Positions 9,664 to 19,069 of a stretch of DNA of 64,000 nucleotides are shown here, in pieces. Positions within the stretch are counted from its first letter, which is position 1, and each line of letters starts with the position of its first letter. The stretch is from an uncultured Bacteroides sp. (lineage in GTDB: Bacteria; Bacteroidota; Bacteroidia; G022818785): contig CAZUHH010000007.1 in NCBI GenBank assembly GCA_964620755.1, forward strand, positions 8,225 through 72,224, read 5' to 3'. The notes beneath the pieces were generated by a model. The model had not been told where the DNA came from and made no database searches. It saw only the letters and a list, made by a program, of their open reading frames with translations. Position numbers and translations under genes: made by a program.

Positions 9664-10239
9664 ATGAGAAAAATTGTAATTGCAATAACTGGAGCCAGTG
9701 GTTCACTGTATGCCAAAATATTATTAGATAAATTATCTTTATTAGATAAAAAATTATATGATATTTCGTTAGTTATGTCAATAAATGCTAAAAAAGTTTG
9801 GAAATATGAATTAAATAATGAAATATATACAAATTATAATTTTATCAAATATGATAATTATAATTTTAAAGCACCTTTTGCATCTGGATCTGCGCAATAT
9901 GAAAGTATGATCATTATACCATGTTCTATGGGTATTTTAGGAAGAATAGCAAATGGAATATCTAATGATTTGATTACTAGATCTGCTGATGTTATTTTAA
10001 AAGAAAAAAAAAAATTAATATTAGTGATTAGAGAATCACCATATAATATTATTCATGTTAATAATATGAAATCAATAATAGAAGCTGGAGGAGTTATATG
10101 TCCAGCTAGCCCCTCATTTTATAGTATACCTACAACAATTGAGGAAATAGTAATTACAATTGTAGAAAGGGTTTTAAACTTAATGAATATTAATGATATT
10201 AAATATTATAAATGGGGCTATAGTAAAAAAATATTATAA
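9664..10239 (+). CDS. ubiX: flavin prenyltransferase UbiX
   Basis: 191 aa; flavoprotein N-terminus IAITGASGSLYAKILL; UbiX/Pad1 size. Confidence 0.85.
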   Translation: MRKIVIAITGASGSLYAKILLDKLSLLDKKLYDISLVMSINAKKVWKYELNNEIYTNYNFIKYDNYNFKAPFASGSAQYESMIIIPCSMGILGRIANGISNDLITRSADVILKEKKKLILVIRESPYNIIHVNNMKSIIEAGGVICPASPSFYSIPTTIEEIVITIVERVLNLMNINDIKYYKWGYSKKIL

Positions 10240-10725
10240 TATTATTCCGTTGTATGAATACGGCATTTTATAATCTTTTAATAAGGGATTTCCTACCCAA
10301 TCATCAGGCAACAATATTCTACGCATATCTTTATTACCTATAAATTTAATTCCAAATAAATCAAAAATTTCTCTTTCATGCCATTCAGCTGTTTTCCATA
10401 TATCAGAAACTGATGGTATTTTAATTTTAAAATTACGACTAATTATTAATTTTAAAGCTAATCTATAATTATAAGGCATTGATATTAAGTGATAAACAAC
10501 TCCTAATTTAGATTTTTGTATTCCATAATCAATTCCACTTATACATGATAAAAAATCAAAATATAATAATTTATTTTTGTAAATAATTTTACAAAAATCA
10601 TTTATATATCTATAATTAACTATTATATAAGGTTGTAAAACATTATTATTATAGTCAATAATGACATTATCATGTTTAATTTTTTTTTTAATGATAATTA
10701 TTATTTTTTCTAAAAAATTATTCAC
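10234..10725 (-). CDS. nuoC: NADH-quinone oxidoreductase subunit C
   Basis: 163 aa; conserved 30-kDa subunit core EWHEREIFDLFGIKFIGNKDMRRILLPDDW. Confidence 0.8.
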   Translation of the reverse strand: MNNFLEKIIIIIKKKIKHDNVIIDYNNNVLQPYIIVNYRYINDFCKIIYKNKLLYFDFLSCISGIDYGIQKSKLGVVYHLISMPYNYRLALKLIISRNFKIKIPSVSDIWKTAEWHEREIFDLFGIKFIGNKDMRRILLPDDWVGNPLLKDYKMPYSYNGIIL

Positions 10726-12115
10726 TATAAATCATATTTTTTGGTTTTACATACTTATCAAATTCTGCTTCTGATATATAATTTAATTCTAAAGCAGATT
10801 CTTTAAGTGTTAAATTATTTTTATATGCATTTTGAGCTATTTTTGCAGCTTTGCTATATCCTATTTTATCATTTAAAATTGTAACTAACATTAATGATTT
10901 ATTTAAATTATTGTCTATATTACGTTTCATTGGTTTTAATCCTATGGCACACTTATCATTAAAAGAACTACAAACATCACCTATTAAATGAGCAGAATGT
11001 AAAAAATTATATATTATCATTGGCCTATAAACATTTAATTGAAACTGGCCATTTGATCCTCCTATATTAATTGATACATCATTTCCTAAAACTTGAGTAG
11101 CAGCCATAGTCATTACTTCACATTGTGTAGGATTAATTTTTCCAGGCATTATAGAAGATCCTGGTTCATTATTTGGTATATAAATTTCTCCAATTCCACA
11201 TCTAGGGCCAGATGATAACATTCTTATATCATTAGCTATTTTAATCAAACTTGTGGCAATATATTTTAAAACTGAATGAATTTCAATAATTGATCCACAA
11301 GTTGATAATGCTTCAAATTTATTTTTAGAAACTGTTAATGGAATTCCAGTTAACTTAGATAAAATACTTACAGATATTTTGTCAAAATTAACTGGAGCAT
11401 TGATACCATTTCCAACAGCCGTTCCTCCCAAAGGTATTTCTAATAAACGAATTAAATTATTTTTAATCATTTTTAAACCATTTTCTAATTGAAATGCATA
11501 AGCTGATATTTCTTGTCCCAATGTTATTGGAGTGGCATCCATAAAATGAGTTCTTCCAATTTTAATTATATTTTTATATTCTATTGATTTTTCTAAAAAA
11601 GTATTTTTTAATTTTTCAATGCCAGGAATTGTTTTTTTTATTATGATTTTGTAGGCAGCTATATTCATTGCAGAAGGAAATACATCATTTGATGATTGTG
11701 ATTTATTAACATCATCATTAGGATGCAATATTTTAATTTTATCGTTTAAAATTCCTCCATTTATTACATGTCCCCTATATGCAATTACTTCATTAATATT
11801 CATATTAGATTGTGTGCCTGACCCACTTTGCCATATACCTAATGGAAAATTATCATTCAATATACCACATAATATCTCATCACAAACATCACATATTAAT
11901 TTCATCTTATTTTTTGATATAATATTTAGCTGATAATTAGCTATAGCAGAAGATTTTTTGATATAAGCTAAAGCATATATAATTTCTTCAGGCATTTTAT
12001 TAGATTGTACTAAAATATCAAAATTATGAATAGCTCTTTGAGTTTGTGCTCCCCAATACCTATCCATAGGTACATTTATAGATCCTAAAATATCATTTTC
12101 TATTCTTGTTTTCAT
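10718..12115 (-). CDS. fumC: class II fumarate hydratase
   Basis: Signature GSSIMPGKINPTQCE (fumarase-type, not the aspartase variant); likely start at the internal Met (MKTRIEND), whereas the track ORF extends to 12175. Confidence 0.8.
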   Translation of the reverse strand: MKTRIENDILGSINVPMDRYWGAQTQRAIHNFDILVQSNKMPEEIIYALAYIKKSSAIANYQLNIISKNKMKLICDVCDEILCGILNDNFPLGIWQSGSGTQSNMNINEVIAYRGHVINGGILNDKIKILHPNDDVNKSQSSNDVFPSAMNIAAYKIIIKKTIPGIEKLKNTFLEKSIEYKNIIKIGRTHFMDATPITLGQEISAYAFQLENGLKMIKNNLIRLLEIPLGGTAVGNGINAPVNFDKISVSILSKLTGIPLTVSKNKFEALSTCGSIIEIHSVLKYIATSLIKIANDIRMLSSGPRCGIGEIYIPNNEPGSSIMPGKINPTQCEVMTMAATQVLGNDVSINIGGSNGQFQLNVYRPMIIYNFLHSAHLIGDVCSSFNDKCAIGLKPMKRNIDNNLNKSLMLVTILNDKIGYSKAAKIAQNAYKNNLTLKESALELNYISEAEFDKYVKPKNMIYSE

Positions 12116-12563
12116 GGCAATTATTATTATAAAATTCAATTTTATAGACGCGTTTTGTATGTCTACCAAACTCAAATTTACTTTTTAAAAAAATATCAAT
12201 TATATCAATAGTAGCCTCTAAAGAGATAAAACTAGCTGGTATACAACATATATTAGCATTATTATGACATCGTGCTAACCTAGATATATCACTACGCCAA
12301 CATAATGCTGCTCTTATATTTCTATGTTTATTAGCTGTCATAGCAACACCATTACCTGTACTACATAAAATAATACCAAAAGTAAATATATTTTTAGAAA
12401 CAAAATCAGCAACAGGATGGATAAAGTCTGGATAATCTACTGATTTATATTTTGAAAATGTTCCGAAATCTTTAATAATATTATTTGTTTTATATACATT
12501 AATTATTTCTTTCTTATATATATAACCAGCATGATCTGATCCTATTGCTATATTCATTTGCAA
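12093..12563 (-). CDS. rpiB: ribose-5-phosphate isomerase B
   Basis: 156 aa; N-terminus IAIGSDHAGY and catalytic region ILCSTGNGVAMTANK. Confidence 0.85.
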   Translation of the reverse strand: MQMNIAIGSDHAGYIYKKEIINVYKTNNIIKDFGTFSKYKSVDYPDFIHPVADFVSKNIFTFGIILCSTGNGVAMTANKHRNIRAALCWRSDISRLARCHNNANICCIPASFISLEATIDIIDIFLKSKFEFGRHTKRVYKIEFYNNNCHENKNRK

Positions 12564-12576
12564 TTTTAATTAAAAA

Positions 12577-13416
12577 TCATTTACAAGTATAATATAATAT
12601 AAATATACTAATTTCATATAAAATATAAAGAGGTATAGCTATAATAATTTGTGTCAAAATATCAGGTGATGGTGTTATAATAGCTGCAATTATTAAAACA
12701 ATTATTAACACATGTTTTCTTTTTTTCTTTATACTATTCAAACTAATAATATTTAATTTACATAAACAATGCAATACTATTGGTATTTCAAATATTATTC
12801 CGTTTATTAAAATCATTTTAATAATTGTAAAAATATAATCATTAACGATATAAGTATTTGTAATTTTATCACTTATTTGATACATATTTAAAAATGATAT
12901 ACTTATTGGAATAAAAACATAATATCCAAAAAGAATTCCTATTATAAATAGTATAACTATAAATAAAATATATGTTTTAATAATTTTCAATTCTTGAGTG
13001 TACAATCCAGGTTTTACAAATTTCCATAATTCCCATAATATATATGGAATACTTATAAATAATCCAATAATCATAGAACTTGTCATATGTAACATTAATT
13101 GACCAAATATTTGAGTATTAATCATTTTAAATGGAGTAAAATTAGTTTTTAATCCTAATTTATTTAATTGACGATATGTCCAAAAATTAGGATCATTAAA
13201 TACTAATAATATATTATTAAATATTGTATCACTATTATAAAATACTAATAATGATGATATAAATATGAAAATACCGATTTTTATTAAATGCCATCTTAAT
13301 ATTTCTAAATGATCAAAAAATGTCATATTATTAGTAGTAGTATTAATATTTTTTTTAAGTAAAAAAAATATTTTTCCTACAACTTTAGTTAAAAGAGTAC
13401 TAAAAATATTATTCAT
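12577..13416 (-). CDS. tatC: twin-arginine translocase subunit TatC
   Basis: Conserved FFDHLEILRWHL motif and 6 TM helices; the true start may be the internal Met at about 13326. Confidence 0.85.
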   Translation of the reverse strand: MNNIFSTLLTKVVGKIFFLLKKNINTTTNNMTFFDHLEILRWHLIKIGIFIFISSLLVFYNSDTIFNNILLVFNDPNFWTYRQLNKLGLKTNFTPFKMINTQIFGQLMLHMTSSMIIGLFISIPYILWELWKFVKPGLYTQELKIIKTYILFIVILFIIGILFGYYVFIPISISFLNMYQISDKITNTYIVNDYIFTIIKMILINGIIFEIPIVLHCLCKLNIISLNSIKKKRKHVLIIVLIIAAIITPSPDILTQIIIAIPLYILYEISIFILYYTCK

Positions 13417-13424
13417 AAATAAAT

Positions 13425-14405
13425 TTATAGATTCATTTTAATATAAGCTCCTCCCCAACAAAATCCACTACTAAAAGTTGATAAAATTATATTGTCTGAT
13501 TTTTTTATTTGTTTTTCATAACTCCATAAACATAAAGGAATACTAGCAGAAGATGTATTACCGTAATAATCAACATTTATCATTATTTTATCAATATTAA
13601 ATTGTAAATTATGACTAATTAACTCTATAATTTTTTTACTTGCTTGATGTGGAACGATCCAGTTAATTTCGTTAATATTTAAATTATTATTATATATTAA
13701 TATTTTAATAACATATATGATATATCTAATCATATATCTAAAAATTTTACTACTATTATGCTCAATATAATGTTCTTTATTAATAATAGATTCAATGGTT
13801 ATTTTATTAGATAATCCTCCTATTTTTCTATAAAAATCATTAATACTGTTTTTACCTGATTTCATAATTATATCAATTAATTCTAATCCATAATTGGAAT
13901 TTTCAATTAATACACAAGCAGCAGCATCTCCATATAAAGTAGCAATAGATTTATTTTGATAATCAGTAATTGACGACATCATATCTACTCCTACAACTAT
14001 AATTTTATTATATGTTCCATTATTAATATATTGTTTAGCGTTTGATAAGCCACATATAAAACCTGTACTTGCTGAATTAATATCATAACAAGCTGCATTG
14101 GTAGCTCCTATGCTATTACATATTATACTAGCAGTAGATGGAAATGACATATCTGGTGTCATAGTTGCACATATAATTAAATCTATAATTTTAGGATCTA
14201 CATTACTTTTTTTTAAAAGCCCCTCAACTGATCTTATAGCCATATAAGATGTTGATTTGTTACCTTTTAGTAATCTACGTTCTTTAATACCAGTATTACG
14301 AATTATCCATTCAATACTTATATCTAACATATCTGATAATTCTTCATTATTTAATATATATTCTGGTATATAGCTATATATACATGTAATACTAGCTTTA
14401 TTCAT
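13425..14405 (-). CDS. fabH: 3-oxoacyl-ACP synthase III (FabH) homolog with Ser at the catalytic Cys position
   Basis: 326 aa; collinear with FabH (IEWIIRNTGI, VPHQAS His, GNTSSASIP Asn), directly downstream of rpmF as is usual; the active-site motif reads DINSASTGF where FabH has DVAAACAGF. Confidence 0.85.
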   Translation of the reverse strand: MNKASITCIYSYIPEYILNNEELSDMLDISIEWIIRNTGIKERRLLKGNKSTSYMAIRSVEGLLKKSNVDPKIIDLIICATMTPDMSFPSTASIICNSIGATNAACYDINSASTGFICGLSNAKQYINNGTYNKIIVVGVDMMSSITDYQNKSIATLYGDAAACVLIENSNYGLELIDIIMKSGKNSINDFYRKIGGLSNKITIESIINKEHYIEHNSSKIFRYMIRYIIYVIKILIYNNNLNINEINWIVPHQASKKIIELISHNLQFNIDKIMINVDYYGNTSSASIPLCLWSYEKQIKKSDNIILSTFSSGFCWGGAYIKMNL

Positions 14406-14420
14406 TAATATAATAATTTT

Positions 14421-14609
14421 TTAATTACTTTTATTTTTAATAATCATTTTACCTTTATAATATATATTATCTTTAAATATATAAGTTGTATGAGGAACAT
14501 AATTAATACCTGTAACTTTACATGTTCTAAAAGCAGGTATTTGTATTACATTATGAGATCTTCTTTTATTTCTTCTTGATTTAGATGTTCTAGATTTAGG
14601 ATGTGCCAT
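14421..14609 (-). CDS. rpmF: 50S ribosomal protein L32
   Basis: 62 aa; MAHPKSRTSKSRRNKRRSH N-terminus typical of L32. Confidence 0.85.
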   Translation of the reverse strand: MAHPKSRTSKSRRNKRRSHNVIQIPAFRTCKVTGINYVPHTTYIFKDNIYYKGKMIIKNKSN

Positions 14610-14681
14610 TTTATTTATAATGTTTATAATATTTTGATATACTACAAATTTATAAATAATTATCTACTAATTTATAGTTAT

Positions 14682-15680
14682 TTATTGTTTAATATTATTT
14701 TTAAACATATTTTTAGCCATCATCAAAGAATATTTAAATGACTTATTGTTAGCTATACATTTACCTGCAATATCATACGCAGTACCATGATTAGGAGATA
14801 TTCTAATAATTGGTAATCCAGCTGTAAAATTAATACCATTATCATTAGATATAATTTTAAATGGTATTAATCCTTGATCATGATACATAGCTAAAGTAGC
14901 ATCAAATTTTAAATGATATTTAAAGGCGAAAAAGCTATCTGCAGAATAAGGCCCTAAAACATTAATATTATTTTTAATGGCAATTTCAATTGCTACTTTA
15001 ACAATATTTATATCTTCATATCCAATAATGCCATTATCGCCATTATGGGGATTAATTGACAAAATAGCTATTTTGGGATTATTAATATTAAAATATACTT
15101 TTAAACTTTTACACATGATAAATATTTTAGATAATATTTTTTCAATAGAAATATTGCTTATTATATCGTTAATATTAACGTGATTTGTTACAAAACCTAT
15201 TTTTAATTTTTTAGATATCATAAACATTAAAGAATCTGGCAAATCAAAAAAATTTTGTAAATATTCAGTATGCCCCTTTTTAAAAAATTTATTGTTAATA
15301 GTAAATTTATTTATGGGTAATGTAAGTATAATATCTAATTTTTTATTTTTTGTTTCATTTAATACATAATTAATAGATTTAAATGATAAAATTCCTGTAT
15401 CTAAATTAGGATATCCTAAATTTATTCTAATATCATTTTTATATGGCTCTAATATATTTAATACATTAGGTAATGCTTTTTCTGTTTTATCAATAATATT
15501 ATAATATATTTTATAATTCAAATATTTAGAATATTGTAAAAATATATTTTCAGAACAATACAAAATTATTTTTAAGCCATTAAATAATTTTTTATTATCA
15601 TTTAATGTTTTTAATAACAATTCTAAGCCTATGCCATTGACATCTCCCGATGTTATTCCTATTTTAGGGATAAAATTCAT
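14682..15680 (-). CDS. pdxA: 4-hydroxythreonine-4-phosphate dehydrogenase
   Basis: 332 aa; PdxA motifs ITSGDVNGIG and HGTAYDIAGK. Confidence 0.85.
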   Translation of the reverse strand: MNFIPKIGITSGDVNGIGLELLLKTLNDNKKLFNGLKIILYCSENIFLQYSKYLNYKIYYNIIDKTEKALPNVLNILEPYKNDIRINLGYPNLDTGILSFKSINYVLNETKNKKLDIILTLPINKFTINNKFFKKGHTEYLQNFFDLPDSLMFMISKKLKIGFVTNHVNINDIISNISIEKILSKIFIMCKSLKVYFNINNPKIAILSINPHNGDNGIIGYEDINIVKVAIEIAIKNNINVLGPYSADSFFAFKYHLKFDATLAMYHDQGLIPFKIISNDNGINFTAGLPIIRISPNHGTAYDIAGKCIANNKSFKYSLMMAKNMFKNNIKQ

Positions 15681-15725
15681 TTTTACTCAAAAGTTATTTT
15701 AAATGATATTATTTATTAAATATAT

Positions 15726-16493
15726 ATGTTATATAAATATAAACCTAAAAAATTTTTAGGACAACATTTCCTAATAGATAAAAATATATCTAAAAAATTA
15801 ATAACACAAATTGAATGTATCAATAACAATAATACTATTTTAGAAGTGGGGCCTGGATTAGGAGCATTAACAGATTTGTTATATAAACAAAAATATGATT
15901 TATGGACTGTGGAAATTGATAAAAATATAGTTAATTTTTTGCATAAAAAATATCCCAGTAATAAAAATAAAATACTACATTATGATATATTAAAGTTTAA
16001 TATAGAATATTATTTTAAATTTCCAATTACACTAATTGGAAATCTTCCTTATAATATAAGTTCACAAATATTATTTTGGATTCTTAAAAATAAAAATTTA
16101 ATTGATCAAGTAATCATTATATTACAAAAAGAAGTAGGTAAAAAAATATGTGCTGTACCAGGAACAAGAAATAGTAATATATTATCTATATTATTACAGT
16201 CATCCTATAAGATAGATTATGTATACACAATTACAAGAAATGTTTTTTTTCCTAAACCTAATGTTGAATCTAGTATAATAAAATTTAAAAGAAATAAAAA
16301 TAAAATAACATTTTATGATGAATTATTATTTTTTGAAATAGTTAAAAAAGCTTTTGGAAAAAGACGTAAAATTATTTCTAATGCATTGTCATCATTTAAT
16401 AATATTAATAAAATTGATAAAAAATTACTTCAACAAAGAGGAGAAAATTTGACAATTAAAGATTATATATACATAACTAATATGTTAAAATAA
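15726..16493 (+). CDS. rsmA: 16S rRNA (adenine1518/1519-N6)-dimethyltransferase
   Basis: 255 aa; GQHFLID, SAM-binding EVGPGLGALT, and NLPYNISS motifs. Confidence 0.9.
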   Translation: MLYKYKPKKFLGQHFLIDKNISKKLITQIECINNNNTILEVGPGLGALTDLLYKQKYDLWTVEIDKNIVNFLHKKYPSNKNKILHYDILKFNIEYYFKFPITLIGNLPYNISSQILFWILKNKNLIDQVIIILQKEVGKKICAVPGTRNSNILSILLQSSYKIDYVYTITRNVFFPKPNVESSIIKFKRNKNKITFYDELLFFEIVKKAFGKRRKIISNALSSFNNINKIDKKLLQQRGENLTIKDYIYITNMLK

Positions 16494-16497
16494 CATA

Positions 16498-16911
16498 TTA
16501 TAAATATTGTTTTATAGATTTCAATATTATATTTAATTGATTGTCATTCATAATAATTTTCTTTTTATTAAAATTAAAATCATTTATATTATTAATAGGG
16601 ATTAAATGAATATGAACGTGAGGTATATCTAGTCCTATTGCTGCTATTCCTATTTTTTTGCATGATATAGCATTATATAAAATAATACTTATTTTTTTTG
16701 CAAATAAATACAATTTAATATATAAATCATCATTTAAATCTATAATATTATCAATTTCTTTTTTTACTATAACTAATGTATGTCCAATTGATATAGGATA
16801 TCTATCTAAGATTGATATAAATAATTTATTTTCACAAATTTTAAATGATTTTATTTCATTATTTATAATTTTAGAAAATATTGTTTTCATATAATTATTT
16901 TTTATTATCAA
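16498..16911 (-). CDS. HIT-family (histidine triad) hydrolase
   Basis: 137 aa; HxHxHxx triad HVHIHLIP and SIGHTLVI upstream motif. Confidence 0.75.
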   Translation of the reverse strand: MIIKNNYMKTIFSKIINNEIKSFKICENKLFISILDRYPISIGHTLVIVKKEIDNIIDLNDDLYIKLYLFAKKISIILYNAISCKKIGIAAIGLDIPHVHIHLIPINNINDFNFNKKKIIMNDNQLNIILKSIKQYL

Positions 16912-17380
16912 TAAATATTTTTAATATTTTAAATGTTATTATTCCTCCTGGTGTTTTAATGTTGACAATATCATTAATGTGTTTGTTACATATTGTTTTA
17001 CCTATAGGAGATTGTATAGATATTTTGTTATTTTTAATATCTGACTCATGTTCTGATACTAATTGATAAGTTACGCATTTATTAGTTTTTATATTAACTA
17101 ATGTTACGTTTGTCATAATATTTACTTTAGAGCAACTTATTTTATTAATATCTATTAACTTAGCATTCATTAATAATTTTTCTAATCTGTTTATTTTAAA
17201 TTCATGATGTGTTTGAGCCTCCTTAGCTGCATGATATTCAGAATTTTCTGATAAATCACCTTTATCTCTGGCTTCTGATATATTTTTTGCAATTTTTATT
17301 CTTCCTTCTTTTTTTAAATATTTTAATTCTTTGATAATAGTTTGTAGTCTATCCTTTGTCATGTAAATAAAATCAGACAT
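16895..17380 (-). CDS. greA: transcription elongation factor GreA
   Basis: 161 aa; N-terminal coiled coil with the acidic-tip motif RDKGDLSENSEYHAAKE; C-terminal FKBP-like domain. Confidence 0.85.
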   Translation of the reverse strand: MSDFIYMTKDRLQTIIKELKYLKKEGRIKIAKNISEARDKGDLSENSEYHAAKEAQTHHEFKINRLEKLLMNAKLIDINKISCSKVNIMTNVTLVNIKTNKCVTYQLVSEHESDIKNNKISIQSPIGKTICNKHINDIVNIKTPGGIITFKILKIFIDNKK

Positions 17381-17516
17381 GATACATAGTTAAATATTAT
17401 TTATTAATAATATAAATTTAATGAAATAATATAATTAAATCATTAATTTATTATATATTTGAATTTAATTATTATACATATAAACTATACGTCACAATAT
17501 TTTAATAATTAAGATA

Positions 17517-18821
17517 ATGCATAAAAAATTGTTAAAATGTGCTGTTTACACATTAGGCTGTAAACTTAATTTTGCCGAAAGTAATACTATTGAAAATACA
17601 TTTAAAAATATAGGTTATAAAATAGTAGATATTTCTGAAAAATCTGATTTATATATTATAAACACTTGCTCTGTAACAAGCAATGCTGATAAAGAGTGTC
17701 ATTATATTATTAGAAAGATTAAAAGAAAATGTCCAAATTCATATGTTGTTGTTACAGGGTGTTATGCACAATTAAAACCTGATTATATTTCTAAAATACC
17801 TGGTGTAAATATAGTTATTAGCAATAGTAACAAATTCAACTTAGGAAATATTATTGGTTATAATATAAGCAATATAGATAAAAGTATTATATATAACGAT
17901 TTTAATAATGAAAATATTTTTCAACCAGCTAATTCATTATTTTCTAAAGATAGAACTAGAGTTTTTTTAAAAATTCAAGATGGATGTAATTACAAATGTT
18001 CTTTTTGCACAATTCCAATTTCTAGAGGTAAATCTCGTAGTAATACAATTAATAATATATTAGAAGAAGCTAAATTTATTATTAATAATGGAGCAAAAGA
18101 AATTGTATTAACAGGAGTTAATATAGGAGATTATAAAAATAAAAATAATAATTTATTACATTTACTTGAAAAATTGGATAATATTGAAAATATTAATAGA
18201 ATAAGAATATCATCTATAGAACCTAATTTATTATCTAATGATATGATTAATTTTATTAAAGATTCAAAACATATTGTACGTCATTTACATATACCTATTC
18301 AATCTGGTAATAATAATATATTAAAATTAATGCGTAGAAGATATATGGTTGAATTTTATAAAAATAAAATTGAAACTATTAAATCTTTAATGCCAGATTG
18401 TTGTATTGGTGCTGATTTAATAGTAGGATTTCCAACTGAAGATAATTACATGTTTGATGATACATATAAATTTATTAAAAATATTGACATATCATATTTG
18501 CATGTATTTACATATTCAGATAGAGATAACACATTTTCAAATAAAATGCAGTATAAAATATGTACTGAAATTAAAAAACAACGCAATAAAATTATGAGAA
18601 ATCTTTCAAATAAAAAATTACACTATTTTTATCATCAAAATATTGGTAAAACAGAATATGTATTATTTGAAAAAAAAAATAAGAATGGTTTTATATATGG
18701 ATATACTCGTAATTTTATAAAAGTAAAAACATTATTTAATTCTAAATTAGTCAATTCTATTCAAAAAGTTATATTATGTAATATTGATAATGATTATATA
18801 GTAAATGTTAATTTAATATAA
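17517..18821 (+). CDS. mtaB: radical-SAM methylthiotransferase, MtaB-like (tRNA ms2t6A)
   Basis: 434 aa; MTTase N-domain YTLGCKLNFAESN, radical SAM CNYKCSFC, C-terminal TRAM-like; N-terminal pattern closer to MtaB than to RimO or MiaB. Confidence 0.6.
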   Translation: MHKKLLKCAVYTLGCKLNFAESNTIENTFKNIGYKIVDISEKSDLYIINTCSVTSNADKECHYIIRKIKRKCPNSYVVVTGCYAQLKPDYISKIPGVNIVISNSNKFNLGNIIGYNISNIDKSIIYNDFNNENIFQPANSLFSKDRTRVFLKIQDGCNYKCSFCTIPISRGKSRSNTINNILEEAKFIINNGAKEIVLTGVNIGDYKNKNNNLLHLLEKLDNIENINRIRISSIEPNLLSNDMINFIKDSKHIVRHLHIPIQSGNNNILKLMRRRYMVEFYKNKIETIKSLMPDCCIGADLIVGFPTEDNYMFDDTYKFIKNIDISYLHVFTYSDRDNTFSNKMQYKICTEIKKQRNKIMRNLSNKKLHYFYHQNIGKTEYVLFEKKNKNGFIYGYTRNFIKVKTLFNSKLVNSIQKVILCNIDNDYIVNVNLI

Positions 18822-18885
18822 TTATTAAATAAATTTAGTAATATTTTCAATTAAAAATTACTAAATTGTTTAACTATATGATATA

Positions 18886-18976
18886 GGTGAGATGCCTGAG
18901 AGGCTTAAAGGAGCGGTTTGCTAAACCGTAGTACATTTTATTATATGTACCGAGGGTTCGAATCCCTCTCTCGCCG
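18886..18976 (+). tRNA. tRNA-Ser (anticodon GCT)
   Basis: Hand-folded: 7-bp acceptor ggtgaga/tctcgcc, anticodon loop ttGCTaa, long variable arm, T-loop ggttcgaatcc; no encoded CCA. Confidence 0.8.
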
Positions 18977-18984
18977 TATTACTA

Positions 18985-19058
18985 CGGGAAGTAGTTCAGT
19001 TTGGCAGAATACCTGGTTTGGGACCAGGTGGTCGGAGGTTCAAATCCTCTCTTCCCGA
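18985..19058 (+). tRNA. tRNA-Pro (anticodon TGG)
   Basis: Hand-folded: acceptor cgggaag/cttcccg, anticodon stem cctgg/ccagg with loop ttTGGga, T-loop ggttcaaatcc. Confidence 0.8.
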
Positions 19059-19069
19059 TTTATATTATT

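Noticed and set aside
12093-12175. 83-nt overlap between the fumC track ORF and rpiB
   Set aside because: The fumC ORF's first 20 codons (MSLVDIQNASIKLNFIIIIA) precede a Met (MKTRIEND...) that matches the conserved fumarase N-terminus. The overlap is most likely an over-extended ORF call rather than a true long overlap or fusion.
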